Assembly: GCA_951406725.2 (NCBI GenBank) | Contig: OX597826.1 | Span: 73,594,001 to 73,658,000 of the forward strand | Direction of reading: 5' to 3' | DNA length: 64,000 nucleotides | DNA from: Octopus vulgaris | Taxonomy: Eukaryota | In this document: positions 29,068-41,046 of the stretch, in pieces | Layout: each line of letters opens with the position of its first letter | How positions within the stretch are numbered: position 1 is the first letter of the stretch | Made by a program: the position numbers and the translations under genes | Notes under the pieces: generated by a model | Told to the model about the DNA's origin: nothing | Database searches by the model: none | What the model saw: only the letters and a program-made list of their open reading frames with translations

Positions 29068-29100
29068 GCCGAAGAGACCTAGTGAGATCGAAACATGTCT
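29068..29100 (+). ncRNA. Degenerate minimal hammerhead motif
   Basis: CCGAAGA GACC tagtga GATC GAA ACATGT C; palindromic helix III with a GUC site, but mismatches in the core and helix II. Confidence 0.4.
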
Positions 29101-29216
29101 GTTGCTTTCACCAGCTGATTTTAAAGACCAGATCTACACTAATCTGCGTTGTCAATGTTGGTGGAAAATTTTGATAAGTAAATCATATGAAAGTTATTTC
29201 TTGTACTCTTTTCCCA

Positions 29217-29408
29217 TTTACTTGTTTCAGTCATTTGACTGCGGCCATGCTGGAGCACCGCCTTTAGCCGAGCAAATCGACCCCAGGACTTATTCTTTGT
29301 AAGCCTGGTACTTATTCTATCGGTCTCTTTTGACGAACCGCTAAGTTACGGGGGGCGTAAACACACCAGCATCGGTTGTCAAGCGATATTGGGGGGACAA
29401 GCATATAA

Positions 29409-29491
<83 letters not shown>

Positions 29492-29650
29492 TACGACGGG
29501 CTTCTTTCAGTTCCGTCTACGAAATCCACTCACAAGGCATTGGTCGACCCAAGACTATAGTAGAAGACACTTGCCCAAGGTGCCACGCAGTGGGACTGAA
29601 CCCGGAACCATGTGGTTGGTAAGCAAACTACTTACCACACGGCCATTCCC
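29217..29650 (-). mobile_element. SINE family A
   Basis: Full-length reverse copy with internal (TA)n. Confidence 0.88.
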
Positions 29651-29854
29651 ATGTTGATTGTTTCTAAATTTTAAACCTAGAGGGAGTTTGGGGAAGAGGT
29701 TTTTTTCCCTTCTAATTGTTTTGATAATCTAAGTTGATTGTAAATTTTTCCACCTCGTTACATTTATATTCATGAGATGATAATGTATTTGCATTTAGCT
29801 TACAAGAGGCTTCTCGAAGGTATTTATTTTTCCATCTTTTGTAATCATGTATTT

Positions 29855-30512
29855 TGATGATGACGATGATGATGATCATCATCATCATCATTATCATGAC
29901 AACGACAACGTCAACGACGACCATTGGTGGTGGAGTGGTCATGGCGGTGGTCGTGATGGTTGTCGTCGTCGTCGCACTGGTAATGGTCGTGGATGGCGGT
30001 GATGCTGATGATAGTGATGGCGATGGAGGTTGATTGCGATGATGATTGTGGTGGTGGTGGTGGTGGTGGTGGTGGCGGTGGTGGTGGTTCTGGTGCTGGT
30101 TTGTGGTTTTGGTAGTGGTGGTAACGGTGGTGGTGCTGGTGGTGTTGCTGGTGCTGGTGGTGTTGCTGGTGCTGGTGGTGGTAGTGGTTCTGGTGGTGGT
30201 GGTGGTGGTGGCTCTTGTGGTTCTGGTGGTGGTGGTGCTGCTGCTGGTGGTGGTTCTGGTGGTGGTGGTGGCTCTTTTAGTTCTGGTGGTGGTGGTGGCT
30301 CTTGTGGTTCTGGTGGTGGTGGTGGTGGCTCTTGTGGTTCTGGTGGTGGTTCGGTGCTGGTGGTGCTGGTGGTGATTCTGGTGGTGGTATCGGTGGTGGT
30401 ACCGCCGACAGCGACGACGATGTTAATGATAATAACGATGATGATGACGGTGATAATGACTGTGACGATGATGATGATGATGTCGACGACGACTACTACG
30501 ACGACAACGATG
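29855..30512. repeat. Trinucleotide low-complexity tract (GGT/GAT/GAC)
   Basis: Seen directly; it ends about 65 nt before exon 30578. Confidence 0.93.
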
Positions 30513-30526
30513 AGGTTGTTTACCGT

Positions 30527-30557
<31 letters not shown>

Positions 30558-30577
30558 TTTCTTTTGTCTTTTGCCAG

Positions 30578-30764
30578 GGCTTCTACTTCTATCTATTTGG
30601 AATGAGCATAATGTTCTTATTGTATGCCTACGTCTACATTTTACACACCCGGACACTCGGGGGAATGACAAAATTTCGGAAATCAGAAGACAACTTACAC
30701 TATCGCATGAGATACAAAACCATCACCGATACAGGGAGTTTCTACTTGCGACTTGGCGCAGTCG
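30578..30764 (+). CDS. Otopetrin exon (TM2 and GSFYLR motif)
   Basis: ttgccAG / GTACGT boundaries. Encodes GFYFYLFGMSIMFLLYAYVYILH...TGSFYLRLGAV(G), phase 0 to 1. Confidence 0.93.
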
Positions 30765-30773
30765 GTACGTAAT

Positions 30774-30865
<92 letters not shown>

Positions 30866-31057
30866 AGAAAAAAATCTATCAGAAAGGAACTCTTTCTCAC
30901 TTAAAAAAATATCTTTTGATAAGCATAACAAATGCGCAACCGGTAAAAAGAACTTTCACCTAATTAAATACACTCTCCCTTACTTAAATTATTTTGTCAG
31001 CATTTTCTTAATTTCCTTTTTTTATATATCACAACTCGTGTTCCACATCTCCTTTTT

Positions 31058-31088
<31 letters not shown>

Positions 31089-31108
31089 TGTTTTTCTGGA
31101 GACTATCA

Positions 31109-31177
31109 GAATGATGTGGACGCCTCTGATGAGAACCTAATAAGGTTTGAAAATCGATTAAGGTTGTTCATCATTTT
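31109..31177 (+). ncRNA. Minimal type I hammerhead ribozyme (Penelope-type)
   Basis: CTGATGA (31126-32), helix II GAACC/GGTTT, GAAA (31149-52), palindromic helix III AATCGATT, cleavage site UA, and helix I TGGACGCCT/AGGTtGTTCA. Confidence 0.75.
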
Positions 31178-31229
31178 TGCAGTCTGCAGAGAAATGGCTC
31201 AAATTTGCCCTGTTTATAATTATACGATG

Positions 31230-31265
<36 letters not shown>

Positions 31266-31528
31266 GTATATACATGAGTAAAAGAGAGAGACAGAGAAAA
31301 ACAGAGAAAAGGAAAATGTCCCTTGCATTTGAAAACTATGGAAATATTTTTTAAAAACATTTCATTTCATTTTTCCACAATTTAATTATTTTTCCTGCTT
31401 TACTCTAAATTGAAAAAGTCGCAAAGACAGAAACTGGTACTAAAATGTTCTTCATGATAAAATTATTTTACCATTTTCTACCTTGTCTTATTTTGCTTAG
31501 ACATATATATATATATATATATATATTT

Positions 31529-31701
31529 ATCAAAATAAGCAACAAGGATATCCAGAGTTAATGTAGTACGATCGTTTCATGCGACTCCATTTAATTGAAC
31601 AATGCAAATATTTAATTAAACAATGCACTTTTCAATTAAATGGAGTCTCATGAAACGATCGTACTGCATTACCTCTGGATATCCTTGTTGCTTATTTTGA
31701 T
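31529..31701. repeat. Fold-back inverted repeat, about 71-bp arms
   Basis: atcaaaataagcaacaaggatatccagag... / ...ctctggatatccttgttgcttattttgat. Confidence 0.93.
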
Positions 31702-31801
31702 TGTAATCACCCCATTTGGAATTATCTGGATAATACCATACTAAATTCTGGTGCCTTTAACTAAGTACCATATTCACCTGAATCTAAATTTTACTGAACT
31801 G

Positions 31802-31872
<71 letters not shown>

Positions 31873-31936
31873 TATATATAAGTGTTCGGAGGTTTACCAT
31901 AAAAGCTAACACAGTCGTTGTCGTATGTCTTTACAG

Positions 31937-32097
31937 GTTTTGGGATAGGAAGTATGATAAAGAGTGGACTACAGTTTGGAGAGTTCTTTGAGCTTGACTT
32001 ACGGTCCCCTTGTATCAACGTCCTACAGCGACTGCTCCCAATTGTGCATTTAACATTCACATTTGCACAGCTCTACTTTGTCTTTCTTAATTCCAAG
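31937..32097 (+). CDS. Otopetrin exon (TM3-TM4)
   Basis: ttacAG / GTAAGT boundaries. Encodes (G)FGIGSMIKSGLQFGEFFEL...HLTFTFAQLYFVFLNSK, phase 1 to 0. Confidence 0.93.
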
Positions 32098-33233
32098 GTA
32101 AGTCACACGGCCACCACCACCAACCCCAACACGCACTTCCTTCTTCTCTATTACATTCTCTTCCAGCTTTCCCCTCTTTTCCATCTTTTTCTTAATCTTA
32201 ATTCCAAGGTAAGTCACAAAGCTGGAGATTTTTTTTCCTTCTCCAGCTACCGCTTCATGTACTCCCACACACACCCTCATCCCCACCCCTCGTTTCTAAC
32301 TCCTTCATCTCCCCCTCCTGGTTATATCTTACTTTATCTTTTACTTGTTTCAGTCATTAGACTGCGGCCATGCTGGGGCATCGGCTTGAGGAATTTTTTA
32401 GTCGAATGAATTCGACCCCAAGTACTTTTATTTTTCTTAAGCCTGGAACTTATTCTACGGTCTCTTTTGCCGAACCGCTAAACTACAGGGACGTAAACAC
32501 ACCAACACCGGTTGGCATTGGCGGTGGGAGAATAAGCACACACACAAACACACTCTTTGAATTTCTGTTGACCAATCCACTTTGCTCGACCCGAGGTCAC
32601 GCAGAAGGGATCTGTTCAGTTTGGCTCACAGATTTTTTAATTCATTTTTTTTTTTACTAAACAGTTTGAAACTTCGTATACTGGTGGAATGTCTCAGGCA
32701 GAACACGGTTTACTTTAAACATTTTTTGACAAAATTTGGTATTTTAGAAGTTATTTCATGTTAAAGTTGTAATATTTGGGTAATTTCAACCAATCAACAA
32801 CGTGTTTTCGGCTGAAGAAAGCTACTGCTAATGGGTAGACTGTACCATTTTCTAGAACCTACTTACATTTAGGTGGCAGTACCTCCATGTGACACCTCCT
32901 TACATCCAAGTGGATTGTGCCATTTGGTACCTATATACTTCAAGGAGGACTGTAACTCCATATGGTGTGAAATCTGTTCCATCCTGTTGCTCAGATTTAC
33001 ACGTCCAGTGGTTGTAAGAATCTGTGACAGAAATTATATTATACACTGTAGAATATATGAAGGATTATTTCTCTGAGCGTAAGGCTTACAACCCCTCAAG
33101 GGGGTTTGTATTTCTAACAACTTAGGAGCAGTAAATACAACCATAAACCAATGCTGAAGAAGAGCAACCAGACAGAAATAGTAAACCTTGAATTGTTAAA
33201 CCAGCGTTTTCTCACTTTCGGGTTTAACATTTG

Positions 33234-33580
33234 GGTGGATGTGTGGTAAAAAGTTTGCTTCCAAACTACATGGTTCCAGGTTCAGTTTCACTGTGTGACA
33301 TCTTGGATAAGTATCTTTTACTATAGCCTCAGGCCGACCAAAGCCTTGTGAAGGGATTTAGTAGACGGAAACTGGAAGAAGCCCGTCGTATGTGTGTGTG
33401 TGTGTGTGTGTTCGAGTCTGTGTTTGTCCCCCACCACCGCTTGACAACCGGTGCTGGTGTGTTTATGTTCTCGTTGGTTCAAAAAGAATATGTCCTGGGT
33501 TTGATTCTTTCGACTAAACTTATTCAAGGCGGTGCTCCAGCATGGCCGCAGTCTAATGACTGAAACAAGTAAAGAAATAA
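33234..33580 (+). mobile_element. SINE family A
   Basis: Matches the family. Further partial copies lie near 7047, 16620, 20923, 28230, 32335, 35735, 40520 and 41090. Confidence 0.85.
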
Positions 33581-35325
33581 AAGATATGTTCATATCTAGA
33601 ATTATACGTCTCTTTTCTGGGGGGGGGGTCTTTTTGTGTGTGTAATCTCCTAGAAATGCAAAAATATTTAAATATTTGCGTGTGTACACAAACACAATGA
33701 TCACTTACTTAATACACTCGCACTTAAGTGCGCGCACGTAACTGTATGTGCGCGCGCGTATGTTTGTGTGTGTGTGGTCGAGGGGAAGTTACTACAAATG
33801 ATTGAGGTAATTGTGATTACAAGGGAGGCTACTCTAACTTTACTTTGATCCATCAAATTTTCAACTTTGAATCCGGTCTTTTTTTTAACTTTCTTTTCCC
33901 TCTTTAAACACATTCACAAATACGCATGCGTACACAATCACGCACGCGCACATAAACGTACAACACAAATACACACGCGCGTGTGTGTGTGTGTCAAAAA
34001 TGTCTGTTACTCGCATGCTGCAGGGTAACATGTACCATGAGTTTAATGTTTTGTGTGCTTATGTAGTTGAGGGCCGACACAGACACTCTGGACAGCGATG
34101 TGAAATGAAGCGCCTGGCTGAAGGGCACAACGCGCCACTAGTCCGAGAACCGAACCTGCGACGCTATGATCGTCAGGCCAGCACTCGTATTTCCAGGTCA
34201 CGTACCACTCTGTGCGTGTAAACGGGGGAGGGGGTGAACTAGAGAAACCATAGCAATGAATACACTTAGCAAATTCCATCCACCATGATAAAGTCATCAA
34301 AGTGACTATCGATTTCCTGTAAGCTAATAAAGTTTACTCATAAACAGTTATTCATACAAGTTATTTATGCACAGTTATTCATAGACAGCCAACGTGCAAT
34401 ACCGAAATACAATGGATCAATAAGCAATGGTGACATCAAAATTTCTTTCCACACATCTCAAAGACCCAACATTATGACAGGTTATGGAGGCTGTATGCAT
34501 ACTGGAAGTAGGTCCTGACAACACATGCGGGGGCCTCACGCGTGCACACACACACACGCATGAGCCATGGAAAGAACAAATGGTGTAACATCTCCATAAC
34601 TACAACTCACCACTACAGCAATACAAAAATGAAAGAGAATAGTATAAGATTAAAAGTCCACTAAGGTCAACTACACACACATATACACACATATACAAAC
34701 ACGAAGCAGAAACACACAAACCCACAAACTACACTTGTACACACAATCTACAAACTACACACCATACACATATACATACTTACACACACAACCTACAAAC
34801 TATACGCACACATTTTTATGATACCACCACCAAAAAAAAAAGAAACAAACAAACAAAGGAAAATATAATTATAAATTTTTAAAATGGACAATGAAAAAGA
34901 AAATGAAAGAATGCATCAACATGACAACATATTTGATGCTTGACAACCTAAATAGAAAGATGAGACTTGTAACAATGATCATCAGGCTCCTTTCTCAACA
35001 ATTTGATAAAATATTGAAAGATTAAAGTCAATGAAAAGGTCAGACCACTCTTACGGTGAAAGATTTACAACTAAAACTCAAGTGGTCCTTTACCAATGAG
35101 AGTGATTATTGCTTGAGTGTCTCTGTCTCAAATACGATGGTATTGCTTTAAACAAATGGTTTTCATATCAAAGTTCTTGCAAATCAAATTCAAAACGCTG
35201 TGTCTGTCTGTGGGTGTGTAAGTGTGTGAGTGAGTACGTGTATGCATGTATATGTATATGCTTATGTATGCATAAATATGTATGTATTACACATGTGCAC
35301 ACACACACACGCACGTGTATGTATG

Positions 35326-35368
<43 letters not shown>

Positions 35369-35615
35369 TCCTCATTATCATCATTGTTTAACGTCCGCTT
35401 TCCATGCTAGTATGGGTTGGACGATTTGACTGAGGGCTGGCGAACCAGATGGCTGCACCAGGCTTCAATCTTGATCAGGCAGAGTTTCTACAAGCTCGAT
35501 GCCCTTCCTAACACCAATCACTCTGAGAGTGTAGTAGGTGCTTTTACATGCCACCAGCACAAGGGCCAGTCAGGCGGTACTGGTAACAGCCACAAAAAAA
35601 TGTGTTTTTTATATG

Positions 35616-35687
<72 letters not shown>

Positions 35688-36328
35688 TATATATATATAT
35701 GATATATATATATATATATATATATATATTCTTTTATTCTTTTACTTGTTTCAGTCGTTTGACCGTGGCTATGCTGGAGCACCGCCTTTAGTCGAACAAA
35801 TCGACCCCAGGACTTGTTCTTTGTAAACCTAGTACTTATTCTATCGGTCTCTTTTGCTGAACTGCTACGTTACAAGGACATAAACACACCAGCATCGGTT
35901 GTCAATGTTGGAGGGGACAAACACACACACACAAACATATACATACATACATACATATATATATATATATGTATATCGGCCCGAGGCAATAGTTGAAGTC
36001 ACTTGGCCAAGGTGCCATGCAGTGGGACTGAACCCGGAACCATGTGATTGGTAAGCAAAGCTACTTACCACACAGCAACTATATATCATCATTTCATCAT
36101 TCTATGTCCAATCTTTCTATGCTGGCATAGGTTAAATAGCTTATTGTCCAAGTTAGTTCATATTCTGGGTTAGTGCTTGGAATCATAATATTTGTTTGCA
36201 TTCAAGGTACGTATATAAGTAAAACTTACTTGGAAAAGGATGCGCGGCGTTCGATCATATAATGATATAAATAATATATAAATATATGGATATATACATA
36301 CATATATATATGTATATATACATGCATA

Positions 36329-36703
36329 GTGGTGGCGCAATGGCCCAGTGGTTAGGGCAGCGGACTCGCGGTCGTAGGATCGCGGTTTCGATCCCCAGAC
36401 CGGGCGTTGTGAGTGTTTATTGAGCGAAAACACCTAAAGCTCCACGAGGCTCCGGCAGGGATGGTGGTGATCCCTGCTGTACTCTTTCACTACAACTTTT
36501 CTCACTCTTACTTCCTGTTTATGTTGTACCTGTATTTCAAAGGGCCGGCCTTGTTCTCTGTGTCACGCTGAATATCCCCGAGAACTACGTTAAGGGTACA
36601 CGTGTCTGTTGAGTTCTCAGCCACTTACACGTTAATTTCACAAGCAGGCTGTTCCGTTGATCGGATTAACCGGAACCCTCGTCGTCGTAACCGACGGAGT
36701 GCT
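36329..36703 (+). mobile_element. Family C SINE variant
   Basis: tRNA-like head TGGCCCAGTGG...GGTTTCGATCC. Its 3' body is shared with 15340-15475. Confidence 0.8.
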
Positions 36704-36713
36704 TCTTTAATAC

Positions 36714-37140
36714 ATGCATATATGAGTACATCAAAAAAACGTTGAACACAATAAGACACGAAAAGAGAAACAGAAAACGAGCTTTTTTTCGAACAACGAA
36801 AAAAACAGAGAAACAAGACATTGTCCTGTTCTTGCTACCACTGCAAAAAATCATTGTCCTGTTCTTGCTACCCTCTGCAAAAAATCCCAAATTTTATTTA
36901 ATTTGCTTTGCGGGAAGGACTGTTTCAACGAAGTTGCATATTGTCCTTGCCTTCGAAAATGTGGAGTAGATGAAACAGGGACAACTGATGAAGGGGAATA
37001 TTCTTTATGTTTCTCTGTTTTTTCTCACGTCTCGCTTCTCTGTTTATTTTTTTGTTGTTTGAAAAAAAGTTCGTTTTCTATGTTTTCGTTTCTCATGGTG
37101 TTCAATGTTGTTTTGATGTCCTGTACCCATATATGCTTGT
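36714..37140. repeat. Diverged inverted repeat (about 105-bp arms) around a spacer containing CTGATGA
   Basis: catcaaaa..cgttgaacac..gaaaacga pairs with ttcgttttc..gtgttcaatgt..tttgatg. Confidence 0.75.
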
Positions 37141-37395
37141 ATATATACATATATATGTTAGTGTGTACATATATGTATGTATATATGCATATATTTATAT
37201 ATTATTTATATTATCTGTATAAGTATTTGTGGATGCGTGCGTTTGTTTGTGTGTGTATGTACAAGTGTGTTCATATGTGTGTGTTCACATATACACATGA
37301 ACAAGCACACACACTCACACAAACACATAGATGAGAAAGAATGCTAGATAAAGCCCACCACACATCATCTAACAGAGGAATATCTCTCTTTACAG

Positions 37396-37618
37396 ATGTG
37401 TATCCAAAGTTATAAGGCAATTGCACGTTTCGGTCTGATGCACATGGTTGGAACGAATCTGAGTGTCTGGACGCGCGATCTGGTGAAGGAGACCATTAGG
37501 GAGATCCATGAACATACGAGCATCAAAGAAAATAAAGTCCACGCGGCACCAGAAGCAGAACCATTGACCTACACCGGTAGCGGCAATGGCTCTGAATACT
37601 CATTCAATCAAGACAATG
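37396..37618 (+). CDS. Otopetrin exon (TM5, FGLMH motif)
   Basis: tttacAG / GTAAGT boundaries. Encodes MCIQSYKAIARFGLMHMVGTNLSVWTRDLVKET..., phase 0 to 1. Confidence 0.93.
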
Positions 37619-37976
37619 GTAAGTTTCGACAGCCACGGCTGATTTACTGAAATTCTTCTCATTGATTCATTGATCTAACATTCTCTCACTGTTCTAACTA
37701 ACATTCCTAGCCTACGCATTCACACATTCACGTCTTAAATATATCCCCCGCCGCCCCATGTGCAGATTAAGCCCTCACACTTAACATATACAGAGTTGCC
37801 AAGACAAATGAAAATAGGCTAACTCAGTAGAGTGATGTGACTGGAGTTGAAACCTCAGCTCAAAATTAGATATGTATGCTTTGGTGTTGCGGTTAGCACA
37901 GATTTATAAGTTACAGATAGGCATAGTGTTTGAGGTTTGAATCTCAAAGACAATATTACAACTCTTTCCATTTCTT

Positions 37977-38026
<50 letters not shown>

Positions 38027-38028
38027 CG

Positions 38029-38060
<32 letters not shown>

Positions 38061-38490
38061 AGAATACTACTAAGATTTTTGCCTGGTATGTTAATGATTC
38101 TGCCAGTTCGGTGCCTTATCTTGCCCCAGAATATTGGTTACAAATTTTGGCTCAAGGCCAGCAATTTCATGAGTGGTGAGTAATTCCATTACATTGACCC
38201 CACTGCTCGCTCAAATGATACTTATTTCGTTGACCCTAAAAGGCAAAGCTGACCTCAGTGGAATTTGAACACAGGACATAAAGATGGATGAAATGCCACC
38301 AAGCATTTTGCCTGGCATGCTAACAATTCTGCCATCTCACTGCCATTATCTTGCCCCAAAATATTGCTATTTTAATCCTGTTAATTTCGTGCCACTTCAA
38401 GAATTTTTCTTCTTAATCAAATCAATGATTAAAACATTTTTCAAGAGATGAGATGTTTTTAAAATAGCATCAGGAGATTCTTTAGCTTAA

Positions 38491-38715
38491 CCCTTTAGCA
38501 TTTAAACTGACCATATCCGGCCCAAAATTCTCTACCTGTTTTATGTTCAAAACTGGCCAAGTCTGGCCTCTCATACTTAGCCTACAATGTCATTCAAAAC
38601 ATAAGTAGTCATATCATTAGAATCTTGAAGCTATGAGATAATCCAGGATTAACTGAAAGCAATGTGAATAAATAAGGATTACATTTGATTATAAAATAAT
38701 CTGAATGCTAAAGGG
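38491..38715. mobile_element. piggyBac-type MITE
   Basis: TIR CCCTTTAGCATT / AATGCTAAAGGG flanked by TTAA on both sides. Confidence 0.85.
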
Positions 38716-39039
38716 TTAAAGTTAGACTTAAAATGAGACCTTAAATTTCTCAATAGTCCTTGAATTGCTATCACTCTCGAAAGAGGCCAACCCAGCTGGC
38801 TAAGTGGGTAGGCAAACATTCCCTCTGAATGGAATTCCAGGCTGTTGTAGTAGTGTTACCCAGTTACAGCTGAGTAGACTGGGGCAATGTGGAATGAAGT
38901 GTTTTGCTCAAGAACACAATTTACAATACGGTCTGGGAATTGAAACCATGATCTTACAATTGTATATATGTATATATTTATATATAGATATATGTATATA
39001 CATATAAACATATATATATGTATGTATGTATGTACGTAT

Positions 39040-39070
<31 letters not shown>

Positions 39071-39221
39071 ATCCCTAATACTCTCAGGAAAATCGAAACC
39101 CTTACACAATCAAATTTTCCTTCCTGTTTGGCATGAATTGCTTGAGCTTATCTAATGGGGCCATCCCATCATCTTCTCTCCCACAACCCTTTGCTATTTG
39201 CAGAGCTTGTGCTTCTAATGT

Positions 39222-39598
39222 TGGATCATCTCATCATATCCTGTGTTATCTACTGAGCATGTTCCTTGCCACTGGATCATCTCATCGTATTCTGAGCCAT
39301 CTACTGAGCATGTTCCTTGCCATTGGATCATCTCATCATATTCTGAGCCATCTACTGAGCATTTTCCTTGCCCTTGGATCATCTCATCGTATTCTGAGCC
39401 CTCTACTGAGCATGTTCCTTGCCACTGGATCATCTCATCGTATTCTGAGCCATCTACTGAGCATGTTCCTTGCCACTGGATCATCTCATCGTATTCTGAG
39501 CCATCTATTGAGCATGTTCCTTGCCATTGGATCGTCTCATCATATCCTGTGCTACCTGCTGAGCTTGTTCCTTGCTGTTGGATCATCTCATCATCATC
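39222..39598. repeat. 51-bp minisatellite, about 7.4 copies
   Basis: Unit TGGATCATCTCATCGTATTCTGAGCCATCTACTGAGCATGTTCCTTGCCAC, which explains the 17-aa periodicity in the overlapping ORFs. Confidence 0.95.
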
Positions 39599-39702
39599 AG
39601 AAAAGCCGGTGTGGGGGTTGAACCCTCCAACGGCTGTCATCTGCCAAAGCCGTAGGCCTTACACAATGTAATTGGAACAGTGTTTGAAATGTTTCTTTCT
39701 AG

Positions 39703-39873
39703 GTGACCTCAGCGTAATTATTTCATCTACAGGCGGTATTAACACAAGCTTTCACGCCGGAGTAGACTCTGGCAGTGGTAAATGCATCGAGACAAGCCTT
39801 ATGAGTAAAGTTGTTGAAGATGCAGCTCCATATTTGTACCCATGCAGCATCCAGTACAGTCTCATCTGTGCAG
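39703..39873 (+). CDS. Otopetrin exon (extracellular loop and TM6)
   Basis: tttctAG / GTAATA boundaries. Encodes ...KCIETSLMSKVVEDAAPYLYPCSIQYSLICA(G), 171 nt, phase 1 to 1. Confidence 0.92.
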
Positions 39874-39948
39874 GTAATATTTCACCTTTTCATTTCTTCA
39901 CTTAAATCAACCATCGTAACTAGATTATTTTCTTTATATATTTGCATA

Positions 39949-40173
39949 CAGGGTGTTCATAAATTATCTTTACAACCTTCGTAATTTATTCCATTATATT
40001 ATCAGGATGTGTTCCATGCAAACCATGGAACCAATGTGGAATTGCTCTGATGTTTCTCATAAAACTTTATTTGTTTCTCTGTTTTCCAATAAACTCCGCT
40101 CAGTTAACTTTATTTTCCATTTTGTAATTTTTTTTAAATTTTCAAATTGTAAAGGTAATTTATGGACACCCTG
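39949..40173. mobile_element. Tc1/mariner-type MITE
   Basis: About 27-bp imperfect TIRs, CAGGGTGTTCATAAATTATCTTTACAA / TTGTAAAGGTAATTTATGGACACCCTG, flanked by TA on both sides. Confidence 0.85.
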
Positions 40174-40781
40174 TATATTTGCATGTAAGAATGTATATTC
40201 CAGGTTGTGAAGGTATGGGAAAACACATAAAATGAAGATGATCACCATGATGGGGGTGACATACAATACACACATACATATCATCATCATCATCTTCACC
40301 ATTATTGTCAGCATCTAATGTCCAATTCTCAATGGTTGCATGAAGCAGTCGTGATTTTGCACAATATAGCTAAGAAATTAACAACACTGCTTGTATAACA
40401 GTGACATTCATTTACAGCTACCACACTTTTTTCAAGATTAGGAGACACACAAAAAAAATATACTCATGCTCACACACATGTGTGTGTGTGTGTGTGTACA
40501 GACATATGTATTACATACAACAGGCTTTTTTCAGTTTCCATCTACCAAATCCACTCACAAGGCTTTGGTCAGTTTGGAACTATAGGAGAAGACACTTGGT
40601 CAAGGTTCTACTGTGTAGGACTCAACCTAAAATGGTGTGATGGAGGGAGGAAGCAAACTTCTGAACTATATATATATATTATTCTATCGGTCTCTTTTGC
40701 CAAACTGCTAAGTCATAGGGACATTAACACACCAACATCGGTTGTCAGGCAATGGTGTGGTGGACAAACACAGACACACAA

Positions 40782-40824
<43 letters not shown>

Positions 40825-40927
40825 AATGAGGGTGAATAAAATTATAGATATTAATTTAATAATACCCTTATTTTAACACCAAGCGACCTAGCACAAAGTA
40901 ACCGGGGATACAAATTCATATTTATCC

Positions 40928-41046
40928 GTAAATATTAGAGAGCCAACTTTGAGTATGTTAACTCTATGTGCTAGACATAGACCTTGACCGGTGGGTCTAT
41001 GTCTAGCACATAGAGTTAACATACTCAAAGTTGGCTCTCTAATATT

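Noticed and set aside
30030-30605. Gly-rich 191-aa ORF with hydrophobic ends
   Set aside because: It is a (GGT)n low-complexity tract inside an otopetrin intron.
36329-36405. tRNA-like sequences at SINE heads
   Set aside because: They continue directly into SINE bodies and lack complete acceptor stems, so they are not called as tRNA genes.
36940-37010. Possible type III hammerhead (TTGTCCTTG/CAGGGACAA followed by CTGATGA)
   Set aside because: There is no GAAA or helix III after the putative helix II.
39133-39671. Three overlapping ORFs with 17-aa repeats
   Set aside because: They are products of the 51-bp minisatellite. It is not a CRISPR array, because there are no unique spacers and no cas genes.
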